Below, one piece after another: positions 30,718 to 39,234 of a stretch of 64,000 nucleotides of DNA. The notes beneath the pieces were generated by a model. The model was not told where the DNA came from. It saw only the letters and a program-made list of their open reading frames with translations, and ran no database searches. Source of the DNA: Desulfobacterales bacterium (GTDB taxonomy: Bacteria > Desulfobacterota > Desulfobacteria > Desulfobacterales > JAIPEE01). The stretch covers positions 115,686-179,685 of the forward strand of contig JAIPEE010000001.1 of NCBI GenBank assembly GCA_021737275.1. The letters run 5' to 3'. The position numbers were made by a program, and so were the translations under genes. Positions within the stretch are counted from its first letter, which is position 1; every line of letters begins with the position of its first letter.

Positions 30718-31635
30718 TTATACCGTAATCCAGACCGCCTTGTTCTTGGCGACCTTAAAGATCTTTTCCCCTACACGTCCCAGCATAAATCTTTCCATAA
30801 ATGTCAGTCCACGATGTCCTGTCACAATGGTATCATATCCGGCTGAGGCAGATTTATCGATGATGGCTTCGGCCCTACTCTCATCATGGATCAACACATC
30901 TCCGCTTATCATATTTTCGGGAAAGCCGGATGCAATCAATCCGGCCCGAGTCTCATTCATCAGCGGCCTTATATCCTCCTTGTTTTCCGCCACCCACTCT
31001 GCCTCACCTTCCGATGGATAAACTCCCGGGGGAACAATCACATGACAAAGAAACATCTCCACCCTGCTTTTATCCACAAGAGATTCAACCGCAGCAAGGC
31101 TCCTTCTGGTACCCGCGGAATCATCGAATGCAACCAGCAGTTTATTAGCCTTGGGTGTCTCACTGACAACAATAAGCGGAATCTCACGGATCTTTCCAAG
31201 CACCCTGCTGGCAATGCTACCGAAAAAGATATCCTTCAGCTTACTGAGTCCGGTCCGTCCAACCACCACGGCATTGTAATTTTCCCTGGACTCAAGAATG
31301 ATATCCCTGGCAATACCCACTTTTTTTTGCTGAATCTTCAGTTCAATGCCATCTTCACTAAACCCGGCTTCAAGCAGAATAGCCTTTGCCTCTTCCATAA
31401 ACTCTGAAACATTCCTGTCTTGTTCTGCATGCCATGAATGAAGTTCTGTCATACTTGTCCTGACATCCACGTCACTTTCAAGTCCCCAGTAGGCATCAGA
31501 AACATCCGATTTTACATGAAAAAGGACCACCTTTGTCTCTGATGGAGGCATCAGTCCGCCGATATACCGTACGGCATTAAATGCCTGATTGGAACCATCT
31601 ATCGCAATTAAAATTTTATTACGACGCGCACTCAT
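30718..31635 (-). CDS. tandem universal stress protein (two UspA domains)
   Basis: 305 aa. Two Usp modules (ILIAIDGS..., VVGRTG...; LLVAFDDS..., VTGHRG...). Confidence 0.8.
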   Translation of the reverse strand: MSARRNKILIAIDGSNQAFNAVRYIGGLMPPSETKVVLFHVKSDVSDAYWGLESDVDVRTSMTELHSWHAEQDRNVSEFMEEAKAILLEAGFSEDGIELKIQQKKVGIARDIILESRENYNAVVVGRTGLSKLKDIFFGSIASRVLGKIREIPLIVVSETPKANKLLVAFDDSAGTRRSLAAVESLVDKSRVEMFLCHVIVPPGVYPSEGEAEWVAENKEDIRPLMNETRAGLIASGFPENMISGDVLIHDESRAEAIIDKSASAGYDTIVTGHRGLTFMERFMLGRVGEKIFKVAKNKAVWITV

Positions 31636-31927
31636 AACAGACCTCCTTTCAAGAAACCTTTAAGCATCGACACATTTGTATACATTCCATTTAAAAAAAG
31701 GTTGATACCGGTCCGGTTTAACCGGCGTGTTACTGACAGTGAAAATCGAACGGCTAAGGAAAATCTGAGTCTGAAATTAAGAAAAAAGCATTATGAAAAA
31801 ATATCCGGAATTCAGTTGAAATATTGTAATTAATTGTTAAGTTCAGGATACCATATTATTGAAAAGTGTCAAATATAATCGATACATATGGTGATTGAAT
31901 ATTTTGATTTTAATTTGTTTTTTAATA

Positions 31928-31956
31928 TTGACAACTATGGTCATATCATATATCAA
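31928..31956 (+). promoter_or_regulatory. putative sigma-70 promoter of dsrC (TTGACA-17 nt-TATCAA)
   Basis: ttgaca at 31928-31933, a 17-nt spacer, and tatcaa at 31951-31956. It is ~70 nt upstream of ATG 32024, which is preceded by AGGAGG. Confidence 0.45.
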
Positions 31957-32023
31957 CTGGACTTTTAAAAAAGGATATAATCCGCTGGTAATGCGGCAAC
32001 TATTATAATAGGAGGTTATTAAA

Positions 32024-32341
32024 ATGCCAGAAGTAGAATTTAATGGAGAGAAATTCGGTGTAGATGAAGACGGTTTTATCGATGACTATAAAAGTTGGAG
32101 TGAAAACTGGGTTCAGTACTGCAAAAAAGAAGAAGGTATCGATGAAATGACAGAAGAACATAACAAAGTAATCACCGTTCTTCGCGAGTACTATGAAAAA
32201 AATGGTATCGCACCGATGGTACGTGTTTTGTCAAAAGTTTCCGGCTTCAAACTGAAACACATCTATGAGCTTTTCCCGTCAGGTCCCGGTAAGGGAGCTT
32301 GTAAAATGGCCGGTCTTCCGAAACCGACTGGTTGCGTATAA
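32024..32341 (+). CDS. dsrC: DsrC (TusE/DsrC/DsvC family) with both C-terminal-arm cysteines
   Basis: 105 aa ending GACKMAGLPKPTGCV. There is a penultimate Cys and a second Cys 11 residues upstream, which is the hallmark of bona fide DsrC. Confidence 0.9.
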   Translation: MPEVEFNGEKFGVDEDGFIDDYKSWSENWVQYCKKEEGIDEMTEEHNKVITVLREYYEKNGIAPMVRVLSKVSGFKLKHIYELFPSGPGKGACKMAGLPKPTGCV

Positions 32342-32372
32342 TTCTCGCAATGACAGGAAGTACATTTCAAAA

Positions 32373-32406
32373 AAAGGCTTTGCGCATGTCGCAGGGCCTT
32401 TTTTAT
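32373..32406 (+). terminator. rho-independent terminator after dsrC
   Basis: AAAGGCTTTGCG-CATGT-CGCAGGGCCTTT stem (with G-U pairs) followed by TTTTAT. Confidence 0.65.
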
Positions 32407-32467
32407 TCTCAGCGCCATTATAGAAATTGTTTTCATGGAGTTTTGATTCCGGAAAGGATATTTCAAA

Positions 32468-32860
32468 ATGGTTCTTACCATAAAAACCGACGCTCAAACT
32501 TCTTTTGTTGATATTACATCAAAAATTCAGGATGCTGTGCAAAAATCTGATATCAGCAACGGGTTTTGTATGGTATATGTACCCCATACAACATCAGCAG
32601 TGACGATAAATGAAAGTGCCGACCCTGCTGTTCAGGCTGATATCCGGATGATATTAAACAAGATTGTCCCGTGGGAAGATAAATACCGCCATATGGAAGG
32701 TAACTCTCCAGCCCATGTCAAGGCAACACTTGTCGGCGCATCGGAACTGATTGCCATTGAAAATGGTCGCCTTTTGCTGGGAACCTGGCAGGGTATCTTC
32801 TTTTGTGAGTTTGATGGCCCCCGAACGAGAAAAATTCATGTAAACCTGATCAAAGGGTAA
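32468..32860 (+). CDS. yjbQ: YjbQ family (UPF0047; secondary thiamine-phosphate synthase-type) protein
   Basis: VPHTTSAVTINESADP and AHVKATLVG motifs. 130 aa. Confidence 0.8.
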   Translation: MVLTIKTDAQTSFVDITSKIQDAVQKSDISNGFCMVYVPHTTSAVTINESADPAVQADIRMILNKIVPWEDKYRHMEGNSPAHVKATLVGASELIAIENGRLLLGTWQGIFFCEFDGPRTRKIHVNLIKG

Positions 32861-32863
32861 TTT

Positions 32864-33322
32864 ATGGACGACATAGACCGATCGATACTAAACCGGATAC
32901 AATCGGATTTCCCAATTACATCACGCCCGTTTCTGTCCATTGCTGAAGAGCTCGGCCTTGATGAAGCGGATGTGATTAAACGAGTTTCCCAGCTTAAAGA
33001 AGATGACATTATCCGTCGTATCGGCGGAAATTTTTTTCCTGAAAAGCTTGGCCACGTCAGCACTCTCTGCGCAGCAAAGGTACCGGAAGATAAAATTGAT
33101 CTGTTTGCCAAAAAGGTTAACTGTTATCCGGGGGTTACACACAACTACCTGAGAGAAGATGATTATAATATCTGGTTTACCTTTATCTCGCCATCCAAAG
33201 AGGAAATTGAAAACAATCTCAAAGAAATTTCTGAAGATACCGGTGTGACGGAAATCTTAAACCTTCCTGCCACACGTGTGTTTAAAATCAAGGCACAGTT
33301 TGATGTAAAATCAGGATCATAA
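32864..33322 (+). CDS. Lrp/AsnC-type protein resembling siroheme decarboxylase subunit (AhbA/AhbB, NirDLGH family)
   Basis: DDIDRSILNRIQSDFPITSRPFLSIAEELGLDEADVIKRVSQLKEDDIIRRIG is the typical N-terminus of Ahb/NirD-like proteins. Only one subunit gene is present here. Confidence 0.6.
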   Translation: MDDIDRSILNRIQSDFPITSRPFLSIAEELGLDEADVIKRVSQLKEDDIIRRIGGNFFPEKLGHVSTLCAAKVPEDKIDLFAKKVNCYPGVTHNYLREDDYNIWFTFISPSKEEIENNLKEISEDTGVTEILNLPATRVFKIKAQFDVKSGS

Positions 33323-34128
33323 TGAAAAATATCCGCATCGCACTGGTTGTTTTCCGTTCTGTCGCCCATGACCCGAAATCAAATCTTGACCGTATGTATG
33401 CCCGGATAAAACAGGCAAAGGATAATGGTGCCGCCATTATCTGCTTTCCCGAGATGAATATTACCGGATATGGCATTGAAGCGGAAATTTTTGATGCAGC
33501 AGAAACTGTCCCGGGCCCTTCTTCAAAACGTCTTGCTCAACTGTCGAAAGAGTTGGACATTACCATCCTTGCCGGAATTGCTGAAAAAGAAGGCTCGGAA
33601 AATATTTATGCCACACATATGGTTATTACGCCTGATGGCGGCTCTAAAGTTTATCGCAAAGTTCATATTGCACCGCCTGAAAAAAACACTTTTTCTGCCG
33701 GAGACAATATTCCCGTTTTTGAATCTCATGGCATAAAATTCGGCGTCCAGCTCTGTTATGATGCTCATTTCCCTGAACTGACAACCCGGATGGCATTAAA
33801 AGGTGTGGATATTATTTTTATCCCCCATGCATCACCCAATGGTTCCACTGAAGGCAAGTTTAAATCATGGATGCGTCATCTCCCGGCAAGAGCCTTTGAC
33901 AACGGCATCTTCATCGCTGCATGTAATCAGGCCGGTGAAAATGAAAAGGGCAGGAACTTTCCCGGTATCGCTTTAGTTATCGGCCCGAATGGTGAGGTTA
34001 TTGAAAAAGATGACAGCGGCGAAGAGGGAATTCTGTTTGCAGATCTTAAGGCCGAAGCAATTTCACATGCAAGAGATCACCGCATGAGATACTTTTTGCC
34101 GAATCGGAGAGGTGATTTGTTTGATTAA
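33322..34128 (+). CDS. carbon-nitrogen hydrolase (nitrilase superfamily)
   Basis: E-K-C triad contexts: ICFPEM, YRKVHI and GVQLCYD. Confidence 0.75.
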   Translation: MKNIRIALVVFRSVAHDPKSNLDRMYARIKQAKDNGAAIICFPEMNITGYGIEAEIFDAAETVPGPSSKRLAQLSKELDITILAGIAEKEGSENIYATHMVITPDGGSKVYRKVHIAPPEKNTFSAGDNIPVFESHGIKFGVQLCYDAHFPELTTRMALKGVDIIFIPHASPNGSTEGKFKSWMRHLPARAFDNGIFIAACNQAGENEKGRNFPGIALVIGPNGEVIEKDDSGEEGILFADLKAEAISHARDHRMRYFLPNRRGDLFD

Positions 34129-34233
34129 TATGTATTTTCCAAAATCTTGAAATATTTTAATTGGCAGACGTAATATGCACTTTTGCCGGAGTGAAGATAT
34201 GGGCAAAAATTTTAGTTTACTTGTTTAATGTCA

Positions 34234-34959
34234 TTACACCGGCACCAGTCGGTATTTCTCTCCTGTCATTTCAACCTTTATTCTGAACATCACCATTGTT
34301 TCGGTCAGGGGGCGGCCGAAAAGAAAATCCATCATATCAGGATCCATGCCGGCCTTTTCAGCAACAAGACTTCGAATCTCCTTATCATAACGCAGCAATT
34401 CATCTATGGCAGCCAGTGCATCCTTTTGGGCCTCTTCACTTTTTAGTCTTGCCGCAAGAACACCAATTTTATGGTAATCACATCGTTTCTGGTGTGTCTC
34501 TATGATGTCCCAGATACCGCCAAATCCCTCAAGTAAGTCTTTTCTTGTGAGTCTCTCTTCATTATAAATCCGTTCAATCTCGCGTGTGTCCCAGCATTTT
34601 AATGCCCTGCATTCCACAGGACGGTGATCATAAATTTTACAAATATACTGTATGGGATCATAAAAAATACATGTCCATGTTATGCCAATTCCCCTGATCT
34701 TGACCAGGTCTGTCTTGACGGGAGCAAGGCGACCGGTGACATTATCCAGTGCCAGCTCACCTTTTCGAATGGTGTAAAGATATTTGGAAGGAATTTTCCC
34801 GGTTTCAATCAGGCCTTTGTCTTCCAAATGAAAAGAGGGCCCGCCCTTACGACAACAGGTGCCGCACCGTTTACAGTTCGGTCCGGCCATTTTATTGCGG
34901 TATATTTTACTTTTTATTTCAGGCAAGATTGTTCTCTTGGTTTCTATTGTTTTTTCCAT
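34234..34959 (-). CDS. YkgJ-family cysteine-cluster (UPF0153) protein
   Basis: CKRCGTCCRKGGP is a CxxCxxCC motif, with later conserved Cys residues. Confidence 0.6.
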   Translation of the reverse strand: MEKTIETKRTILPEIKSKIYRNKMAGPNCKRCGTCCRKGGPSFHLEDKGLIETGKIPSKYLYTIRKGELALDNVTGRLAPVKTDLVKIRGIGITWTCIFYDPIQYICKIYDHRPVECRALKCWDTREIERIYNEERLTRKDLLEGFGGIWDIIETHQKRCDYHKIGVLAARLKSEEAQKDALAAIDELLRYDKEIRSLVAEKAGMDPDMMDFLFGRPLTETMVMFRIKVEMTGEKYRLVPV

Positions 34960-35235
34960 AACTTACCAGACAGATCCTTTTGCGTCAATCCATACTCTTT
35001 TTTTTAATCGAAACAACGCGTGTGTCCATATTTTATAAACCATGATGTTACTATTGGTCGTTATTGGTTTGTTAGAATCTAATATTGCTAATATATTTTA
35101 TTTTTATTGACTATGAAGAACACTTTGTTTAGTCAAAGTTACCGAAAATAATTTTGATACCGGAAATATTTTTCAGGAAATATCCGTATTATGAAAATAT
35201 CAGACCGACACTGATATGCAATTTGTAAATAACAG

Positions 35236-35345
35236 CGCCGAACAAAGCTCATCTGCGGCACTGTTGGCGTTTTGTCGGAAACGTTCAGACACCTGGCCGG
35301 ATGCGATCACTACTGTACCTCTCCTCAGTCCGGACTTTCCGACAA
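35236..35345 (+). promoter_or_regulatory. structured intergenic element (three predicted stems), function unknown
   Basis: Stem a: cgccgaaca 35236-44 pairs with tgttggcg 35262-69, with one bulge. Stem b: ttgtcggaaa 35272-81 pairs with tttccgacaa 35336-45, a perfect 10 bp. Nested stem c: ccgga 35297-301 pairs with tccgg 35329-33. Confidence 0.3.
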
Positions 35346-35402
35346 ATTTCAACGATAAGAAGGTTGACAAGTAACGCCGGCTATATTAATTTGTCATAAT
35401 TG

Positions 35403-35500
35403 CAGGCTGAAGCCTGTGAAACAAATCTAACAACATAATCAAATCAAGCCATGAAGGTACTTGCACTACGAAAGTGCAATTTCTTTATGGCTTTTTTATT
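35403..35500 (+). promoter_or_regulatory. leader with UGAA-capped hairpin plus composite terminator-like hairpin immediately 5' of the nikK RBS (candidate attenuator or riboswitch expression platform)
   Basis: Hairpin caggc-tgaa-gcctg (35403-16). Outer stem aagccatgaag (35446-56) pairs with ctttatggctt (35483-93), enclosing ttgcact-acgaa-agtgcaa (35461-79), then a T-run and GGAGG (35501). No upstream plus-strand gene exists for it to terminate. Confidence 0.45.
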
Positions 35501-35509
35501 GGAGGAAAA

Positions 35510-36289
35510 ATGAAACGAACTTTAATTTTATTTGCTTTGATCGGTATTTTATCCTTATCTCCTTTGCCTGCCCGGGCACATTTCGGTATGCTCATTCCTT
35601 CCGACGAAATGGTGATGCAGCAGGATGATCGGACAGTGGATTTTCAACTCTCATTCTCTCATCCATTTGAGTTGGCCGGCATGCCTCTGGAAAAGCCAAA
35701 AGATTTTGGTGTAATGGTTAATGGCCGGCAAACCAACCTGCTGTCACAGCTTAAAGAGACTGAAGTGATGGGCCACAAAGCCTGGCGGACCCAATATAAC
35801 ATTAAGCACCCCGGTGTTTATATATTTTATATGGAACCTGAACCATACTGGGAACCGGCAGAAGACTGTTTCATTATCCATTACACCAAAACGGTTGTCA
35901 CTGCATTTGGAGACGATGAAGGTTGGGATGCGGAAATCGGACTCAAAACTGAAATCGTGCCGATATCAAAACCTTTTGGCCTTTATGCCGGTAATGTGTT
36001 CCAGGGAACCGTCAAGCTGGACGGCAAGCCTATACCTTACGCCGAAGTAGAGGTTGAATATTACAATAAAGATAGTAAATATAAGGCACCGACAGAATAT
36101 ATGGTTACACAGACCATTAAAGCGGACCGGAATGGTATTTTCACCTATGCTGCGCCATGGTTCGGATGGTGGGGGTTTGCCGCACTCAACACATCAGATA
36201 AAAAAATAAAATATGATAACGAGGAAAAAGATATTGAAATGGGTGCGGTGATCTGGGTAAATTTTATTGAACCAAAACTTATTCATTAA
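35510..36289 (+). CDS. periplasmic DUF4198 / NikK-like component of Ni/Co ECF-type transporter
   Basis: [26 protein letters not shown] is a signal peptide followed by His, as in NikK/CbiK-like proteins. ATG 35510 follows GGAGG. The ORF-track GTG 35474 lies inside the leader hairpin. Confidence 0.6.
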   Translation: MKRTLILFALIGILSLSPLPARAHFGMLIPSDEMVMQQDDRTVDFQLSFSHPFELAGMPLEKPKDFGVMVNGRQTNLLSQLKETEVMGHKAWRTQYNIKHPGVYIFYMEPEPYWEPAEDCFIIHYTKTVVTAFGDDEGWDAEIGLKTEIVPISKPFGLYAGNVFQGTVKLDGKPIPYAEVEVEYYNKDSKYKAPTEYMVTQTIKADRNGIFTYAAPWFGWWGFAALNTSDKKIKYDNEEKDIEMGAVIWVNFIEPKLIH

Positions 36290-36315
36290 CATTTGCAAAA
36301 GTTGAAATCCGGGTT

Positions 36316-36338
36316 CCCTCTCCCTTGATGGGAGAGGG
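36316..36338. other. GC-rich 9-bp hairpin (ccctctccc-ttgat-gggagaggg) between nikK-like and cbiM/nikM
   Basis: Perfect 9-bp stem with no U-tract. It may act in differential expression or mRNA stability within the operon. Confidence 0.4.
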
Positions 36339-36442
36339 TCAGGGTGAGGGTAAACCATCTAAGCAACGGATCTGCTTCATCTCCCCCTGATTTTTTTCAT
36401 GACACCCAAAAACTTTATAGCGTATAGATAAGGGCTATTTTT

Positions 36443-37057
36443 GTGCATATATCTGAAGGAATATTATCCGGGCCGGTTCTGATTTCCGGTATGGCCATTG
36501 CCGCTGCCGGGACAGCTATCGGACTGAAAAAACTCAGAAATGAAGACATCGCCAAAACAGGTATGCTGGCGGCATCTTTTTTTGTGGCCTCATTGATACA
36601 TATCCCCATTGGCCCGGCCGGCGTCCATCTGATCCTGAGCGGCATTGTCGGTCTTTTGCTGGGGTGGGCAGCTTTTCCGGCTATACTCGTTGCATTAACG
36701 CTACAAGCCACCTTTTTCCAACACGGCGGCATAACAACACTTGGTGTTAATACAGTGATAATGGCTTTACCTGCCGTAGTCTGTCATTATCTTTTTGCGC
36801 CTCTGATCTGGAAGAATAAAACCATATCCGCGATAGGTGCCTTTGGTGCAGGTAGTATAGCCATTGTTCTTAATGCTGTGATCGCCGGTCTGGCACTTAT
36901 ATATACGGATGAAGGATTATTCAAAGCTGCTGCCCTGATTATGGGTGCCCACCTTCCAGTCATGATTATAGAAGGTATTATCAGTATCTTTTGTGTAGCC
37001 TTTTTAAAAAAAGTTCAACCCGCTCTATTACCCGGATTTAAGAGCATCAACAATTAA
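36443..37057 (+). CDS. CbiM/NikM substrate-capture (S) component of ECF Ni/Co transporter
   Basis: The GTG start gives the N-terminus MHISEGIL, which is the metal-ligating Met1-His2 end conserved in CbiM/NikM. 204 aa, multi-TM. Confidence 0.8.
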   Translation: MHISEGILSGPVLISGMAIAAAGTAIGLKKLRNEDIAKTGMLAASFFVASLIHIPIGPAGVHLILSGIVGLLLGWAAFPAILVALTLQATFFQHGGITTLGVNTVIMALPAVVCHYLFAPLIWKNKTISAIGAFGAGSIAIVLNAVIAGLALIYTDEGLFKAAALIMGAHLPVMIIEGIISIFCVAFLKKVQPALLPGFKSINN

Positions 37058-37068
37058 GGAGCAGCACT

Positions 37069-37746
37069 ATGAATATTATTTCCGCTATCTCTGAATATGC
37101 CATCCCCGCAAAAGTGGGAATCCGGAAACAGTGTAACGCCAAAGATACTTTTTATAAGCTGCCTTTTACAGCTTCATTAGTAATATTACTGTTTTTTTTC
37201 CCCAATATTGCATTTGCCCACAATGTCTCTATTTTTGCATGGGAAGAAGGTGATACCGTATATACCCAAAGTAAATTCAGCGGCGGCAAACGGGTTAAAG
37301 GTGGCACTATCATCGTAACCGATCCGAATAACAATGTACTTCTTGAGGGTAAAACCGATGATGGCGGTTTGTTCTCTTTTATCCGACCCGGCAGCGGTTT
37401 GCTGAAAATCAAGCTTGATGCCGGCTTGGGGCATGCCAACTACTGGGAACTTCCGGCGCTGGAAGCTGACGTAATAACCGACTCAAACATCGAATTACCG
37501 GAAACAATAAATGCCACTGAAAATAAAACGCTTACCGTTATAACACCTGATATTCAAAAAGAAATTGACATCGCTGTTGAAAAAGCGCTGGATAAAAGGC
37601 TCAAACCCATTATGCAGACACTGGCGGATAATCAGCAACAAGGACCGGACCTCAGAGATATTCTGGGCGGGCTTGGCTATATTTTAGGCCTGATGGGTAT
37701 GGCAGCTTATTTTAAATATAGAAAGCAAAATAATATAATAAAATGA
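37069..37746 (+). CDS. NikL-like accessory membrane-anchored protein
   Basis: N- and C-terminal TM helices flank a beta-sandwich-like segment (GGTIIVTDPNNNVLLEGKTDDGGLFSF). Its position between M and Q matches NikKMLQO-type operons. Confidence 0.45.
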   Translation: MNIISAISEYAIPAKVGIRKQCNAKDTFYKLPFTASLVILLFFFPNIAFAHNVSIFAWEEGDTVYTQSKFSGGKRVKGGTIIVTDPNNNVLLEGKTDDGGLFSFIRPGSGLLKIKLDAGLGHANYWELPALEADVITDSNIELPETINATENKTLTVITPDIQKEIDIAVEKALDKRLKPIMQTLADNQQQGPDLRDILGGLGYILGLMGMAAYFKYRKQNNIIK

Positions 37747-38498
37747 TAAACGAACCCTTTGCTGCCGGCACGTCAATTATACACAAACTTGGACCTCGCT
37801 ACAGGATTGTCATTGCTGTGCTGTATGCCTTTATTGTTGCAGTTTCCTATCAGTTTCCCGTGCTGATACTTTCTCTTTGCATCTCTGCAATTATGGCAGT
37901 TTGTGCCCAACTGAATTTCAGGGCGCTCGTTCAACGCCTTTTGTTAGTAAATGTGTTCATCCTGTTTTTCTGGATTGTTCTGCCCCTGACCGGTGGTGGT
38001 GATATCCAATTTTATGTTGGCCCCCTGCCGGTTTATAAGAACGGCATTTTAATGTCTGCCCGGATCACATTGAAATCAAATGCTATTTTACTTTCCCTGA
38101 TCTCCCTGATTGCCACTATGCCGTTTTCTGTAGCCGGACAAGCGCTGCATGCACTTAAAGTATCTGACAAAATCGTACACCTGCTTTTAATAAGTTATCG
38201 GTATATTTTTGTACTTGAGCAGGAGTACCGACGCCTTATTACAGCAGCCAGAATCCGCGGCTTCAAAGCCGGAAACAACATACATACATTAAAAACAGTA
38301 GCGTACCTGGCGGGCATGCTGCTGGTCCGCGCGGTACGTCGTGCAGAGCGCGTACATCAGGCTATGCTATGCAGGGGATTTAAAGGGAAATATTACTGCC
38401 TGGCATCATTTAAACCATCTTATGGGAACTGGATATTTACGACCTTTATGGCAATTATTATTATCTGTCTTGCTGTAATGGAATGGGGAAATATATGA
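37743..38498 (+). CDS. CbiQ/NikQ (EcfT-type) transmembrane component
   Basis: 251 aa, multi-TM, with the ARIRGF/...RAERVHQAMLCRGF C-terminal motifs typical of CbiQ. ATGA overlap with the upstream gene. Confidence 0.75.
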   Translation: MINEPFAAGTSIIHKLGPRYRIVIAVLYAFIVAVSYQFPVLILSLCISAIMAVCAQLNFRALVQRLLLVNVFILFFWIVLPLTGGGDIQFYVGPLPVYKNGILMSARITLKSNAILLSLISLIATMPFSVAGQALHALKVSDKIVHLLLISYRYIFVLEQEYRRLITAARIRGFKAGNNIHTLKTVAYLAGMLLVRAVRRAERVHQAMLCRGFKGKYYCLASFKPSYGNWIFTTFMAIIIICLAVMEWGNI

Positions 38499-39223
38499 CG
38501 GAAAGTAAAACGTTAATACATCTTGAGAATGTTTTTTTTGCTTACCCTGATGGCAGAGCTGTATTAAATAACCTGCAGTTCGACTTTTACAAAAATGATA
38601 AAATCGGCCTGATGGGTGCCAATGGCACCGGCAAAACAACGCTTTTCCACGTTATCATGGGACTTAGAAAACCGGATAAAGGATCTATCACACTTTTTGG
38701 CAAACCGGTTTCAAAGGAAAAACATTTTGCAAAGGTTCGCCATCGCATCGGTTTATTATTCCAGGATGCAGATGATCAATTATTTTGTCCCACTGTTCTG
38801 GAAGATGTCACTTTCGGACCACTGAACCTCGGACTTTCAAAAAAAGAAGCCACACGCATAGCAAAAGAGACATTAACATCATTAGGCCTGGCCGGTTATG
38901 AAGAACGGATTACCCACAAGCTGTCCGGTGGTGAGAAGAGAATGGTTTCCCTTGCTACTGTTCTGGCAATGAAACCGGAAGCACTTCTACTTGATGAGCC
39001 CACCACAGGTCTGGATGATCAGACCAAGGCGCGCCTCACAGAGGTGCTTCAAGTCCTGGATATCTCGCGCATTGTTATTTCTCACGATTTTGATTTTCTT
39101 TCCAAAGTAACTGAAGGTGTTTACCTGATGGAAGATGGAAAAATTATCACGGATGCTGATATTCATGTTCATCAGCATGTTCATGCGCATGCGCATGGGG
39201 CACATAGGCATGAACATAAATAA
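38483..39223 (+). CDS. CbiO/NikO ATPase component with His-rich C-terminal tail
   Basis: Walker A GANGTGKTT, signature LSGGEKR and Walker B LLLDEPT. It ends DADIHVHQHVHAHAHGAHRHEHK. Confidence 0.85.
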   Translation: MGKYMTESKTLIHLENVFFAYPDGRAVLNNLQFDFYKNDKIGLMGANGTGKTTLFHVIMGLRKPDKGSITLFGKPVSKEKHFAKVRHRIGLLFQDADDQLFCPTVLEDVTFGPLNLGLSKKEATRIAKETLTSLGLAGYEERITHKLSGGEKRMVSLATVLAMKPEALLLDEPTTGLDDQTKARLTEVLQVLDISRIVISHDFDFLSKVTEGVYLMEDGKIITDADIHVHQHVHAHAHGAHRHEHK

Positions 39224-39234
39224 ACCGATATCGG

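Noticed and set aside
30644-31021. A 125-aa plus-strand ORF starting in the terminator region downstream of usp.
   Set aside because: It starts within the A/T-rich terminator hairpins (MKRKKRPNKKRRF is translated poly-A). It then runs antisense to the Usp gene.
35250-35300. A cobalamin riboswitch upstream of the cbiM/nikM operon, suggested by the B12-box-like cagACACCTGGCCgg and gcggCACTGttgg.
   Set aside because: The conserved aptamer core (GGGAA, GGTGNAA...TCC, CCCGCAACTGTAA-type junction) is not recognisable upstream. Only two short motif-like strings match. An Rfam scan is needed before any call.
36316-36350. The GC-rich ccctctccc/gggagaggg hairpin followed by tcagggtgaggg as a REP/MITE-like mobile repeat.
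   Set aside because: Only one copy is visible in 64 kb, with no terminal repeats or target duplication. I treat it as a local hairpin only.
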